Notes: generated by a model from the sequence alone, not told the origin. A stretch of DNA of 64,000 nt from the human T2T-CHM13v2.0 reference genome, Homo sapiens (GCF_009914755.1 NC_060926.1), one strand, 5' to 3'; shown: positions 29,368 to 42,761, counted from the first letter of the stretch. Translations and numbers: made by a program.

Positions 29368-30599
29368 ATGTGGGTATGTAGACACATTTTTTTTACTTTT
29401 TTTCTGTGAAGGGAAGGTTTTGCTGTTCTCATATGTCTATCATTTCTTCATATTGGCCTCTTTTATAGATTGAATGCAAATTCACATTTTCAAGTTTTAT
29501 ATGTCACGTCTTGTGTATCCACTCATTTCCGAGGAGAACAAGACAGACTATGACTGGAGGACTACATGAAAGATTTCATTTAACCTTGAGAAGAAACTTC
29601 TTCAAAACAAAAAAACTCCAAGAGTTGTGAATTTCAAAGTAGATTAGTCCTTCATCTGTTTAGATAATTTTGGATATGGTGTGGTCTGAAGACAGAGACT
29701 GAACCAGATGGTATCTAAAAGTTATATTCAGTCTTTGATTCTGCAAACTTGTAACCTCCACCCCTCATACATACATATACACTCATATACCACACACAGA
29801 CATCATGCACATGTATATTCACTGACAAAAGAAATACTTAAGTTATAACGTGAAGATCAATATACAGTGCTAAACTGTCAGATAACTAAATGATCCACCA
29901 TAGTATAGAATTTAAGAATTAGAACAATGCTTTTTGATTAGAAGGCATGCTCCTTTATTTTATAAATCAGTAAAATATGGTTCAGGGAAGTTAAGTTGCC
30001 ATGGTCACACCGCAAGCTAGATGAATAACGTGTCACCATTTAGTTGTTTCCAAATATTATGTTTACCCTCAAAGAAGCACTATTTACTATTTCCAATGTG
30101 ATTCAAAAAAACAGATCGCAAGTACCAAAAGGTATTAATTTATTATTTATATCTCCACCTTATCCCATAAATAACTTAAGATAATCAGAAAGACAATTGC
30201 AAAAGAACTGCAAAATGAAGATGATAAAATGTTGTGCAATGTCATATTACTTAGATTAAATCCTTGTGTATTAGTTTAAAAGTCAGTTACATTATCCTAT
30301 TAACCCATCTTAATTTTAAAAAGATAAGTAAAGTATAAATCAATCAAGATAGGTGACGTTCCTGGACATTGGCATAACCATAATATTTCTGGTCATGGCT
30401 ACTTGACCAGAGGAAGCTGGTTGCTTCTTGCCTCAGTCCTTCGTGTTTCAAGGAAAGACTGCAAAGTTGTCCTCCGCAGATCTTAGACCTTAGACAAATC
30501 AATCTACAATATAGTCTCATAGTAAGGAGGCTTATGAGTGAGAATAACTTCAAGGACCAAGACAGGGTTAGGTGATAGAATGATGCACAAGAAGCAAAT

Positions 30600-30720
30600 A
30601 ATGTCGTTTCATTTCACTTTCATCAAAGAGAAGAAAAACGTTAAGTCTGACAATATCAGCTTTGCCAAATATATGAAACAAAGGGGACTCTCATACCTGC
30701 TGGTAAGAATGAATTGAGTA
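30600..30720 (+). mobile_element. Old L1M ORF2 3' fragment
   Basis: aagtctgacaatatcagctttgccaaatatatgaaacaaaggggactctcatacctgctggtaagaatg. Confidence 0.55.
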
Positions 30721-30744
30721 TATTATGTCTCATGTAAGGGGGTA

Positions 30745-31045
30745 AGTTGGGGGTTGAGACACAAATTCAGAAGTTTCAATGTAAAGATGGTATTTAAAGC
30801 CATGAGATGGGTTAAAATAATCTAGGGAGTGAGTGTAGACAGAAACAAGAAATTCCAGGGTCTAAAACTTGGACCTCCAACATGTAGAAGTTGGGAATTT
30901 GAGGAGTATCTATTAAGGAAGACTGAAAAAGGAAGAAACCAAAGAGAGTAGGGTCTCAGTTTTCCATGAAACTTTCAGGACAAGTTATCAACTGTGCAAA
31001 GGCTGCTGGTAATTCCAGTGCAACATGACAGAAACTGATCTGGCT
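30745..31045 (-). mobile_element. L2 LINE fragment
   Basis: agatggtatttaaagccatgagatggg...ctagggagtgagtgtagacagaaa...aaggaagactgaaaaagg...atcaactgtgcaaaggctgctg. Confidence 0.75.
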
Positions 31046-31134
31046 ATGCTAGCCAATGTTGGCTTAAACAAAATCACCCTTCTCAGAAGTTATCACCTGT
31101 TAATAAAGGGTCTTGGGAACCACATATTAAACAT

Positions 31135-31365
31135 AATAATAATAGCTATCCTATTATTTTCCTATATCCTACTTACTATCTACACTGTGAGAGCCTGTAT
31201 GTGCCAAGTGTTTTAGATACACTAATCTGATTTGGTCCATACAACAAGTGCGGGAGGAGGTAGAATTGCCCAAACTCTTAAATGAGAAAATTTAGGTGCA
31301 GAGAGATTAAGTGACTTATCTGAAGTCACCCAGCTAAAATGTCTGAAACTGGGATGCTAAATCCA
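31135..31365 (-). mobile_element. MIR SINE
   Basis: aataataatagcta...tgtgccaagtgtttta...gcagagagattaagtgacttatctgaagtcacccagcta. Confidence 0.75.
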
Positions 31366-31504
31366 AAATAAAATGCAGAGTTGCCAAAAACTGAGAGGCT
31401 AAATGTCTAACATTTGGGGTGTTGTGAAGGGGATTGGAAGCAGCAGGCTTTGCCCACTTTCCTGAGGGCACAAACAGCTGCCACCTGGGCCAATTCACCC
31501 AGGG

Positions 31505-31619
31505 TGGGTGACCAGACATCTTTGGTTAGCAAAAGACCAAAGGACTGTCTTGTGATTGCAAAGCTTTCAGTGCTAAAATTGGGGAAGTCTCAGTCAAACT
31601 GCTGATGAGTGGTCACCCT
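31505..31619. mobile_element. MER94 (hAT-Blackjack MITE)
   Basis: Inverted termini gggtgacca / tggtcaccc; internal ctttcagtgctaaaattggggaagtctcagtcaaac. Confidence 0.7.
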
Positions 31620-32499
31620 TCATCCAGTGAAACCTCCTTCGAAATGCCGTTCAGGGAGAAAGCAGCCATAGTTACCTGTCGCAGGTTTTGCATTCTGTGT
31701 GAGCTTGCCTGGGTGGTCCCAGAGCCTCTGTAGAATTCTGAACCAGCTCTTTAGTCTCTCCTCACTACTCCCACTAAATGGGACCCTGGAGTTGGCAACC
31801 AAAAGCAAGGTCACTCTCCCAGGCCTCTTTCATTGAGGGACCTGTTCACTGGGCTCCCCTTAGATTCCTAAGGCAGTCCTCTGGGAAACCCAAAGGTGTA
31901 CCCCCAGTGGTACAAACCCCTCAGCTCCCCTGGAAATTAACAGAGGCATCCTGGGCATACGAGGCCCTGTTTGTCAAATTCCCTCTGATCTATCCAGCTA
32001 ATGAGGTCAAAATAGCTATGTCCATAAGGGATACATTTTCTCAATGGAGAGCATATGCCTCAGAAAACACATTGAAAATATTTATCTTTTCTCAGAGTAC
32101 AGGCAGAGCAATATAGAATACTAGCTTGTAAAAATGCTCTTTGAAAAGCAGAAGAAAAAAAATCGTAAAGCATAGGAAATGAAAAGGGAATCCTCCCAAA
32201 CCATGCTGCCAGTTGCCATGCGGGAGATTTGCTCGTGCCATTTGGAAAGCTTTGTTACAGGCTCAGCTGATAATATGTTGAAGCAAACACACATGCCTCA
32301 GAGATCCTGGGCCCCTTTTGGGCTTGAGAGAGGCCTGAGATCCTGGAGACACCTTCCAGTAGAACCTGTACCGAGCTGCTAACCACTGACCATTGGCAGA
32401 AATCTGAGCCTTGCAGAACTAGAAGTGCCTTAATTATATATGATTCTTCACAGAAGGGAGGCTGTTCTGGCTCACTCACATCTCCAATTCACTCTAGAC

Positions 32500-32716
32500 C
32501 CGTGGTTCTCAACCAGGGATGATTCTGTCCCACCTCGGGGGACCTTCAGCAGCATATGGAGAAATCTTGGGTTGTTTCCAATGGCAAGAAATGGACAGGA
32601 CCATCTCATAGGTGGAGGCAGGACTGTTGCTAAACATCCTGCATTCCACAGGACAGACACCCACACCAAGAGTTATGGACCCCAAAGAGTAACAGTGCCC
32701 AGGCTGAGAAACTCAT
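32500..32716 (+). mobile_element. MER20 (hAT-Charlie)
   Basis: ccgtggttctcaaccagggatgattctgtccc...tgctaaacatcctgcattccacaggacag...aggctgagaaac; 8-bp TSD-like ctctagac/gtctagat. Confidence 0.88.
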
Positions 32717-32724
32717 GTCTAGAT

Positions 32725-33880
32725 ACTTCCTCTTACACTATCACCTCAAATTCACCACCAATAGAATACATTTCATCATCTTTTTCCAGACCTGTCTCAC
32801 CTTCTGATACCTTAACTGATTTCCATAGTACCACTATTTTCTTAGTCACTAGGTTAAAAAATCATGGGTTTTTTAAAACTTATTTCTTTCCTTTACTCCC
32901 CTCACCACACACACTTCCCCCATCTAATTATTCATAAAGTCATATGAATCTTCCCCAAATATACTTTTCTCTTATTCTCACTTCAATCTCTACCAGATTA
33001 GTCAGAGCTTCCCATGTTATACCTGAATCATTGTCACAGCCTCCTGTTTCTCCTTTTGGTCTCTTTATTCTAACCTGTATTGGTCAGGGTAAGCTAACTG
33101 TTGTAACAAACAATCCCAAAGTCTCAGTAACTTAACACAATAGATGTTTATTTCTTACTCACGTAAAGTCTAATAGGTGCCAAGACAGATAAGGTTCTGG
33201 TCCATACAGTCATTCAGGGACCCAAGCTCCTTGCAAATTGTGATCCTACCATCCCACAGGATTTTGAAGTTCTCTCTCAGATCTTCTGCTTCTGGCTGGC
33301 AGACATGGAAGGGGATGTGTAGGATCACATTTGGTAGGTTACCCCTGGATGTGGCACAAAGCCCTTCCACCAGCATTTAATTGGCCAGGACTCAGTCACA
33401 TGGCCTTCCCTTGCTGCAAGAGATACTGGAAAAGGTAGTCTAATTGTATACTCAGGAGGGAAAACACATTGACTTTGGTGAATTCATGACAGTCTCTGCT
33501 ACATATCTTTTCTGCACATTCCTGTCTGATGAATCTTTCTCAAATGCCATTATTTAATAACATTTGTACCACATTACCATTCTGTTTGGAAACTTTTAAA
33601 ATGAGTCCCAATTGTCTACCTATTAAAGGCCCAAATTGCATCTCCAATTAAAACAAAACAAAACAAAAACCTATCTTTTTCCACCACACCTGCCCCTGGT
33701 GCCCTAACCCAGTCACTGCAGAAGCCTCCATCTCTCCACACTGCCTCCTGCATCCTATTCTGTATCTTTGTTTCTGGCTTTTCCCTATTCTGGAATTCTT
33801 CTCTCTACTTCTATGAATATCAGAACTCATAAGTCCCCACCCTTAACTCCCCAGCCCGCAGTGACTTCTTCTCTGAACCT
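32725..33880 (+). mobile_element. L2 LINE fragment split by MLT1 LTR
   Basis: ctcaaattcac...cttagtcactaggttaaaaaatcatgg...cacagcctcctg before the LTR; gaatctttctcaaatgcc...attgtctacctattaaaggcccaaa after it. Confidence 0.6.
33076..33503 (-). mobile_element. MLT1-family solo LTR (MLT1J/K-like)
   Basis: tgtattggtcagggtaagctaactgttgtaacaaacaatccc...tttatttcttactcac...ttggccaggactcagtcacatggcc...gtctctgctaca, with TG...CA ends. Confidence 0.82.
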
Positions 33881-33899
33881 GAATAACAAACAGCAGTCA

Positions 33900-34090
33900 T
33901 GGACTAAGTGATTAAAACATCTCAGGAACTTGTGCTTAGCATGTATATGCCAATCATTTCTCATCTGCATGATCTCACTTAATCTTTACAGCAATGTACA
34001 GAGTAAGTATTATTGTCCTATATCCTACTTTTCCTTTGGAAATGGAGGCTCAGAGAGGTAAAGTGACTCACTCTCATCACACGATGGGTA
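33900..34090 (-). mobile_element. MIR SINE
   Basis: atctcacttaatctttacagcaat...ggaaatggaggctcagagaggtaaagtgact. Confidence 0.7.
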
Positions 34091-34694
34091 GCACATGCCC
34101 TCCCAACACACGCAGGCTGCCCCTCAGACACATGGCCCCAGGGTCTTCTCCTGAAGTTCTGCTAATTGACAGCTTCTTATGAGTTCTGAAAGAGGAAAAG
34201 AAAATAATAAAAAATGGAGGCCCTATCAGAAAGATGCCCTATTATGCCATAGTTATATAAAGGGAAGAAATCACAGCCGGGCTGAGTCTCAGCCAACGCG
34301 GAGGACTGGGCAAACCAGGTCCCAGCTTTGGCATGATGTTCCAAATGGGGAGTCGGCAGGGCCAAGCAGGGACTCTGGCAATAAACACAGAGTGTGTTCT
34401 TGCAAGATTATTTGGGCGGCAGGGATCTGGCAGGCCCAGCCACCGGGGATACCGCCATGGGTTGGGAAGGTCAGAAAAAGAGGAGCTATGTGCTCTGTAA
34501 AGGCATATTCACTTGTCAGAATGGGCTGTTGCTGCATATGGGAATGTGTGCCCAGCCTGGCACCACCAAGGCAGAGGCACGAGCTGGCTTCCCTGCAAGA
34601 ACCTGCCCAAGACCTGCGTTTAAAAAAAAAAAATCCTTTTATGCCAACATTCACCTTCCCTTCCAACCGCATGAAAAGGAACATTTTATCCTGG

Positions 34695-34850
34695 TAGACT
34701 GAACTAGAGCAGGTTACATACCTCCTTGTGCCTCAGTTCCTTCAGCTGCAGAATGAAGCTAACATACTACGGTATTGACTTCATAAAGTGGTTGGGAGCA
34801 TGACATGAGTTAATGTAATATGTGCAGGATGCTTAGAGCTAAAACTATCG
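34695..34850 (+). mobile_element. MIR SINE fragment
   Basis: gcaggttacatacctccttgtgcctcagttccttcagctgcagaatg...atgagttaatgtaatatgtgcaggatgcttag. Confidence 0.7.
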
Positions 34851-36236
34851 TGACTGTTCCTGTATCTTGTAAAATGATGACGATAGTCCATACTCAGCTT
34901 GATCATGTATTTGGTTTTAGCTTTGCCATCACACATCAAAAACCCAGAGAGCTAGATCAGCCCCTTCTTTGCTACAAAGCATCATACTCCTTGACATTGG
35001 GCACTTCTACCACACATTATTGCCTTACCTGGAGATGAGAAGGTGAGACTGTTTGTGCAGGGCAGCAAGCAGCACCAAGCCCACAGCACCTAAAGGCATC
35101 TCTACACCCACCTGACATGAAACCTGAAATTAAACCACTAGGACAAGATCCCTCTGGCTTCAGAATATAGTCCTTAACCTTTGGACATTGCAGATCTTCT
35201 GGAGAATTTGAACAAAGCTATGGAGCCACCAACACCCCTTCACACATATGCACACACAAATTCAAATATGCATATACGTGAATCCCTTTATAATGTGGCA
35301 TACAGTTTCAAGCACTCAGAGACTGTCTAAAATCTTGCCAATTTAATAGAGCTTGGTTTAAGGTCAATGCATTGAATACATAGCTATGTAACTAAATTTG
35401 ACAGTTTTCTTAAATAGCAAGTATTTTTGAGAATTTTTTTTTACAATGAGCAAAGAAGTGGACATTGAATGTTGCAGATTATCTTATAAGGATAAGAATG
35501 AAAACAATGAGTAGAGAATTGCCCTCAGTTTTACTCTGCCATGCCTCCCTAATCCAGGATGGACAGGGGCTCTCATTGCCCATTGGTGAATCAAGAACGT
35601 CTCCTTTCTGTGATCACAAAACTATGACTGGCACCTTAAGCAGGACTTTGCTGGCTCATGCCACTCAACTGCCAGCATTCCCGAGTCACCGGAGACTCAC
35701 AGGTGACACTGCTAATGTGTCCACCCATGCTAAGATGGCTCCTTTTTTTCCTACTCAGTGAAGGGAAGGAGAGAGTTCTACTAAGAAACTACCATATCTC
35801 CACCCCAGTCCAGCCCCAGCCTCAATTCAAGAGCACTACACCCTTCAAGGGCATTACCACATCCTTGTAGATTATTAAATTCTCCCTTCCTGGGATGGCC
35901 AGGAGATTAGGGCAAAATCTTTAAATGAGTTCTGGAGTAAAAACCACTGAAACCCTATCTTCTGTGCTTTCTCCTCACCTACAGAGCCCAGAAAATAAAT
36001 CAGTTGGGTACTCACAGCAAGTTTCCCCAAGTAATGTGTGTTTGGAAAAAAAAAAACACGAGCATTTTGGACTCTGCAGCTTCCCACAGTTTTTTTTCCC
36101 TCTGAAAAGGACACAGTAGGTAGCCCACAGAAGTAGAAAATCTTGCGTTGAAGCCTGAAAATCAATTTTCTCTGCAGCTCTGAGCCCACATAAGGAAGGC
36201 TCTCCATGCCAGGATCTCAGCCCTGCACACAGAGGA

Positions 36237-38506
36237 TGTATTATTCTGTTCTCATGCTGCTAATAAAGCATACTGAGACTTGGTAATTTATAAAGGAAAG
36301 AGGTTTAATTGACTCACAGTTCCACAGGGCTGGAGAGGCCTCAGAAAACTTACAATCATGGTGGAAGAGGAAGCAAACACATCTGTCTTCCCATAGTGGC
36401 AGGAGAGGGAAAAATAAGAACCAAATGAAGGGGGAAGCCCCTTATAAAACCATCAGTTCTTGTGAGAACTTACTTACTATTCACAAGAATAGCATGGGGA
36501 AAACCATCCCCATGATTCAATTACCTCCCACCCGGCCCCTCCCATGACACATAGGGATTATGGAAACTACAATTCAAGATGAGATTTGGGTGGGGACACA
36601 GCCAAACCATATCATTCCACGTCTGGTCCCTCCAATTTCATGTCCTCACATTTCAAAACACAATCATACCCTTCCAACAGTCTCCCAAAGTCTTAACTCA
36701 TTCCAGCATTAACCCAAAAGTACAAGTCCAAAGTCTCATCTGAGAGGAGGCAAGTCCCTTCCACCTATGAGTCTGTAAAATCAAAAGCAAGTTAGTTAGT
36801 TCCTAGATACAGGGAGGTATAGGCACTGGGTAAATATACCTGTTCCAAATGGGATAAATTGGCCAAAATAAAGGGGGTATAGGCCTCATGCACATCCAAA
36901 ATCCAATGAGACAGTAATTAAATCTTAAAGCTCCAAAATAATATCCTTTGACTCCATGTCTCATATCCAGGTAATGCCGATGCAAGAGGTGGTCTCCCAA
37001 GGCCTTGGGCAGCTCCAACCCTGTGGCTTTGCAGGTTACAACCTCCCTCCCAGCTGCTTTCACAGGCTGGCATTGAATGTCTGCAATTTTCCAGATGCAT
37101 GGAGCAAGCTGTCAGTGGATCTACTATCCTGGGGTGGCAGGATGGCAGCCCTCTTCTCATAACTACACTAGGCAGTGCCCCACTGGGGACTCTTTGTGGG
37201 GGCTCCAACCCCACATTTCCCTTCTTTACTGCCTTAGCAGAGGTTCTCCATGAGGGCTCTTCCCCTGCAGCAAACTTCTGCCTGGACATCCAGGCATTTC
37301 CATATATTCTCTGAAATCTAGGCAGAGGTTCTCCAACATCAATTTTTTACTTCTGTGCCCCCTAAGCTCAACACCACATGAAAGCTGCCAAGGCTTGGGG
37401 CTTGCACCCTCTGAATCCGTGGCCCAAGCTGGACCTTCACTCCTTTTAGTCACAGCTGGAGCAGCTGAGACACAGGGCACCAAGTCCCTAGGCTGCACAC
37501 AGCAAGGGGCCCTGGGCCCAGCCCATGAAACCACTTTTTCCTCCTAGGACTCTGAGCTTGTGATGGGAGGGGCTGCCCGCTAAGGTCTCTGACATGCCCT
37601 GTAGACATTTACCCCATTGTCTTGTTGATTAACCTTCAACTCCTTATTACTTATGCAGATTTCTAAGCAGACTTAAATTTCTCTCCAGAAAATGGGTTTT
37701 TCTTTTCGTCATCATCAGGCTGCAAATTTTCCAAACTTTTATGGTCTGCTTCCTCTTGAATGCTTTGCCACTTAGAAATTTCTTCCACCAGATATCCTAA
37801 TCATCTCTCTTAAGTTCAAAGTTCCACAGGTCTCTAGTGCAGGGGCAAAATGCCACCAGTCTCTTTGCTAAAGCATAGCAAGAATCATCTTTATTCCAAT
37901 TCCCAAGAAGTTCCTCATCTCCATCTGAGACCACCTCAGCCTGGACTTCATTGTCCACATCACTATCAGCATTTTGGTCAAAGCCATTCAACAAGTCTCT
38001 AGGAAGTTCCAAACTTTCCCACATTTTCCTATCTTCTTCTGAGCCCTCCAAATGGTTCCAATCTCTGCCTGTTACTCAGTTCCAAAGTTGCTTCCACATT
38101 TTTGGGTATCTTTACAGCAGTGCCCCACTCTCTGTGATACCAATTTACTGTATTAGACTGTTCCCATTCTGCTATGAAGAAATACCTGAGACTGGGTAAT
38201 TTATAAAGGAAAGAAGTTTAATTGACTCACAGTTCCACAGGACTAGGGGAGGTCCTCAGGAAACTTACAGTCATGGCGGAAGGGGAAGCAAACATGTTCT
38301 TCTTCACAGGGCAGCAGGACAGAGAAGAATGAAGGCTGAGAAAAGGGGGAAGCCTCTTACAAAACCATCCGATCTGGTGAGAACTTACAATCATGAGAAT
38401 AGCATGATTCAATTACCTCACACCAGGTCCCTTCCATGACACGTGGGGATTATGGGAACTACAATTCAAGATGAGATTTCAGTGGTGACACAGGCAAACC
38501 ATATCA
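36237..38506 (-). mobile_element. Full-length THE1 (C/D-type) MaLR provirus: 5' LTR 38149-38506, internal 36615-38148, 3' LTR 36237-36614
   Basis: Two homologous LTRs each reading tgtatta...aaaccatatca on the plus strand; typical THE1-internal sequence between them; TSD gagga (36232-36236) / gaggg (38507-38511). Confidence 0.96.
37797..38051 (-). pseudogene. THE1/MaLR internal ORF remnant
   Basis: EGSEEDRKMWESLELPRDLLNGFDQNADSD...ALAKRLVAFCPC.RDLWNFEL is the characteristic MaLR ORF peptide; the frame is broken downstream. Confidence 0.85.
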
Positions 38507-39145
38507 GAGGGGAAGTGGAAAGCTGCTGTTTCTCAGCCATTGCTCAAGGAAGCCCACAGACAAGATGGGTAAAAACAGAGCAGGGATAGAAAAAAGTTTT
38601 ACCTTTCATATAGAATGTTGCTCCTGCTGGTGTCAACACTCATGTTTCTCTCCACATGTGAAGCAAAGAACCATGTAAAGAGCATGGATGCCTGAGGACT
38701 TTCTAAGAATAGCTGTGATTTCAGAAAGTCGGGTGAAATATCCAATGTGGGAATCGAGTCAAAGGGATTCCTGAGAGGTGTTCCATGCGTGTGCTAATGT
38801 GTGCCCAGACATGTTCAAGAACACACATCTGGTGTTGCACAAGTCTTTGTATATCTGTATGCATATTTGCATTTGCACTTGAATTTTTTAAGGAATTGAT
38901 GTCAGTGCCTATTTGTATATGTTCAACTCATATAGTGAGAGAAGAAAACAGTTTTGTACAAAGCAATAGCAGTATTTGTACAAAACAATAGTACTATTTT
39001 TCAGCCAGAAACATCCCACCTTCTCTTTCCTGTTCCTTTATATTCACCTGGGGAAAAAAAAAAAAAAAAAAACACCACTGGAAACACCATTCAATGGTGG
39101 GGGAGGACAGCTTTTATAAAGAAATCAGAGCATTATCATATAAAT

Positions 39146-39280
39146 CAGAGGTCAGAAAACTAAGACCTATGTGCCAAATCCAGCCTACTCTTTTCTCCCA
39201 ACAATGGCAGAGTTGAGTAGCTATGATAGAGACTATAGAGACCACTCTAACTGGCTCCTTGCTGAAGTTTGCCCACCCTG
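39146..39280 (+). mobile_element. MER58A, internally deleted
   Basis: cagaggtcagaaaactaagacctatgtgccaaatccagcc...acaatggcagagttgagtagctatgatagagac...aagtttgcccaccctg. Confidence 0.72.
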
Positions 39281-41714
39281 CCATTGGCCTTGTTCTTTCA
39301 GTATCCACCCCATGCTCCACCAGTTATCTCACCATGGCTGAAATTGACACAATGGAGCAGAGTCCTGTGTGCCCAACTTTTTGACTTAGAACCTAAGTTC
39401 AACAGCAGAAGTTCCCTAAAAGCTGCCAGGGTGTCCTTTCTTCTGTGGTCCATGTTTTAGTGGAGGAGCTGTGACTTCCTCCTTCAACTAGTGGAAATGC
39501 CACAGGTAGGACATTGACTTCCAGAGGAGGCACAGACTTTAGCTAACCATGAAACTCTGAACCCATTATTTAACATCTACGGGCCTGTTGGTTGGATTAA
39601 TAATTGCCAGGTCTTGCAGTCACTGCTTCTCCTGGAGAAGGTGAGGTGAATTCTGTTTCTAAGGATATGCTTTTTCTAAGAATATGCTTCCTTTGGATCA
39701 ACGTAAATAATCCTCCCTTTCCCATCTGTCTTGAAGACACAACTGAGTACCACTTAGAATCCTGGAGATCATTGCTTTAGATTCATAAAGTAACCCTGGA
39801 GGAGTAGTTTAAATACATAGATCATCATGACTATGATTCTTTGCACTAGTTTTTGTCTGTGATGCTGATAGACCTCTCCAATCACCACAGCCTTTGGAGT
39901 TAAGTAAACCCAGAGAGACAAATACAGGTATACTTGGTCCTGATGCTTATAAGCTCTCACTGGCTTATGACTCAGAGGAATCAAAGACAAAATATTTGGG
40001 ATGGCGAGCAGGCATAAATTAATGTAGAGCACATACTCTACTATTGGGAAAACCACTTTTTTCTTCTGAGTAGACCAAGATCCCGAGGCCAGTTTTTGCT
40101 GGTCACTTAGCTAAGAACCTGAGGTATGTCATGGAACCTTGTGTATTTGGCTTCCTCAAAGCTTAAATATGGCATATGACCAGCTTTCCTCTTGGCCATT
40201 AAAAGATTCCAGCACATAACTTGTATAAGCCTTGAGCTTCTCACCCTAGAGACGCTAAAAACCAAATCAAGGCCAGCAATATCTTCGCCAACCAGCTCTA
40301 TTCCAAAGTTTCAATCAACATGCAGCTAGATCTTCCTTAATGTTAAGAAATAACAGACACAGGGTCAAGCAATGTTCTGGAGAAGACAGAGGAGAAGAAT
40401 TTGAGTGGTCCAGCAGGAAGTATGATCTCATCCTCTGGCCACACCCTGCTTTTAAAACGGTGATTCCTCCTACTCCTTCCACATCTGAAGCTTGGGGTAT
40501 TCTGATGGGGTAGTCTGATGCTGCACACTCTGTCTTTCTTAAAGAGACGTTTATTATGACACATGATGTGAGTAAAGATCAGAACCATCCACTGTACTCT
40601 GATTTGCTACAACTGCCACTTGCAATACCTGCTTCTCATTTATACGCAAAATGAAACTCTCCAGCATGGCACCAATACCATCAAGTACCCTTCCAGAAGA
40701 GAAGGATTCGCTTTCACCACCTCTCTGCTCAGCTCTGATAGGAGGCTACCTGAGAGCAGAGGCTCCAGACCCTACCCTGAGGCTGCCTTAGAAAGCAGAG
40801 AATACACACTTGGCAGTCATTTAACAAAGGGAAGAGCTGTTCCTCAGAGCCTGCTGATGACTGAGGAGGAGCAGGCACCCTCCATTGCTGATGTCCTCAA
40901 AACAACTGACAGGGTGAGATAAATCAGTTTGTGTACTTCCTTCCCTCTCCCCGCCCCTGTGGGAAACAGGGAGTCCTTGCCTTTGAGAAGATGAGTCGAA
41001 GAGAGGCGAAGGGAGATGGATGTGTCCTAGGCACACTGATACTTCAGTGTAAAGTTAAGAAAACAGAGGCCAGGGGGAAATGAGGCAAGCACTTTGTTAG
41101 AGAAAAGGTTTCCTGTGGCATGAAACTGTATTTACAATAATATACCTTAAAGAGATGCAAACACTCTAATCCAATTGCATGAGCCCTTCCACAGGCAGGC
41201 TTCCTAGAAAGCACTGCACGTGCAAGGCTTGGTTCGCAGAGTCACGCAGGGGCTGCATCTATCTGGGTACTCTGGCTCTGGATATAGGGGTGTTCCTTGT
41301 CACAGAATGATGGGGCCCCTGAGCCACCTAAAAAGGAAGCACATGAGGAACTCTGGGCAGGCCAGGGTTAGCTGTCTGGGTTTGGCAAAGAGCAAAGGAA
41401 GCGTCATCCAGTCAGGAATCAGGTTATTGGCACAGGGACACATGCAAGCTAAGCTGTGTGTGGTCAGCCGCGGTTTCCAGAAAGCAGTCATGGATCCTAC
41501 CCTCATTCTGCCATCTATGTGTGTCTGAGAAGTCACTGGATGTCCCTTTGCTCCCATTTCTCTCTCAGTGCAATCACAGACAGGAATTCTCCCCCACCCC
41601 AAATTCCTCTCCTGGAAATATTTCTGAGGATATTCTTTGGCCTGCTCTGTGAAGGTGGCATCATTCTTACTGCAGATTTTCTTTCTGAGCTAAATCAACC
41701 TTTCCCTGTTAGTA

Positions 41715-42761
41715 CAGTCATGTGTCACTTACCAATGGGTATATGTTCTGAGAAATGTGTCCTTAGGCAATTTTGTCATTGTGTGAACATCATAGAGTAG
41801 ACCTACACAAACCTAGATGGTACAGCCTACTACATGCCTAGGCTATATGGTACAACCTATTGATCCTAAGCTGCAAGCCTTACAGGATGCTGCTGTATGG
41901 AATACTGTAGGCCATGGGGTCCAACTGTTTGGCTTCCCTGGGCCACGCTGGAAGAAGAATGGTCTCGGGCCACATATAAAATACACTAACACTAACAATA
42001 GCTGATGAGCTAAAAAAAAAAAATTTAAAAAAAGGTCCATTCATAATTTTCATAATATCCGCCACCAAAGAGGAGCAAAAAAGTCATCACATTCAGAGGG
42101 TTGGACACAGCTGCTTAGGCAATTATAGCACAACTTTATTTGTGTATCTAAACATACCTAAGAATAGAAAAGGTAGAGCCAAAATACAGTAGATTGATTT
42201 TTAAAATGGTACATCTGTTTAGGGCACTTACCACGAATAGAAATTGCAAGACTGGAAGTTCCTCTGGATGAATCATTAAGTGAGTGGTGAATGAACATGA
42301 AGGCCTAGGATATTGCTATACACTGTAGGCCTTAGAAACACTGGACAATTAGGTTATATGAAATTTATGAATTTTTTTCTTTCTTCGATAATAAGTTAAC
42401 CTCACTGTAACTTTTTTTCTGCAGCTTCATAAAGCTTATAAACTTTTAATATTTTTAACTTTTTGATTCTTTTGTTAAGAACACTTAGCTTAAAACACAT
42501 TGTACAGTTGTATAAAAATATGTTCTTTTTTCATATCCTTATTCTATAAACATTTTTCTATTAAGCATTTTTTTAACTTTTAAACTTTTTGATTAAAAAT
42601 GAAGACAAAAACACACACATTAGCCTAGGCCTAGACAGGGTCAGAATCATCAAGACACCAGCAGGCGATAGGAATTTTTCGGCTCCATAATCATCTTATG
42701 GGACCAGCGTCATATATGTGGTCCATCCTTGAACAAAATGTCATCATGAGGTGCACGACCA
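41715..42761 (-). mobile_element. Tigger3-family (Golem; Tigger3b-like) non-autonomous DNA transposon
   Basis: Ends ta|cagtcatgtgtcactt and gtgcacgacca|ta (TA target duplication); characteristic ttctgagaaatgtgtccttaggc and ggcgataggaatttttcggctccat. Confidence 0.88.
41913..42113 (+). mobile_element. MER30B nested in Tigger3
   Basis: ggcttccctgggccac...aaaatacactaacactaacaatagctgatgagctaaaaa...atatccgccacca...gggttggacacagctg; TSD ctgtaggc / cttaggc. Confidence 0.88.

Noticed and set aside
29104-29385. 93-aa repetitive ORF (YLSI/CMYV)
   Set aside because: Translation of the tetranucleotide microsatellite.
29995-30008. RFX X-box-like GTTGCCATGGTCAC
   Set aside because: Lies in a degraded MIR core (normally cttgcccaaggtcacac), so it is probably a chance derivative.
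32440-32937. 165-aa ORF
   Set aside because: Runs through MER20 and L2 remnants; a chance open frame.
34179-34697. 172-aa ORF, the longest in the window
   Set aside because: No recognisable homology; overlapping ORFs in other frames and strands indicate local stop-codon scarcity in slightly GC-richer DNA.
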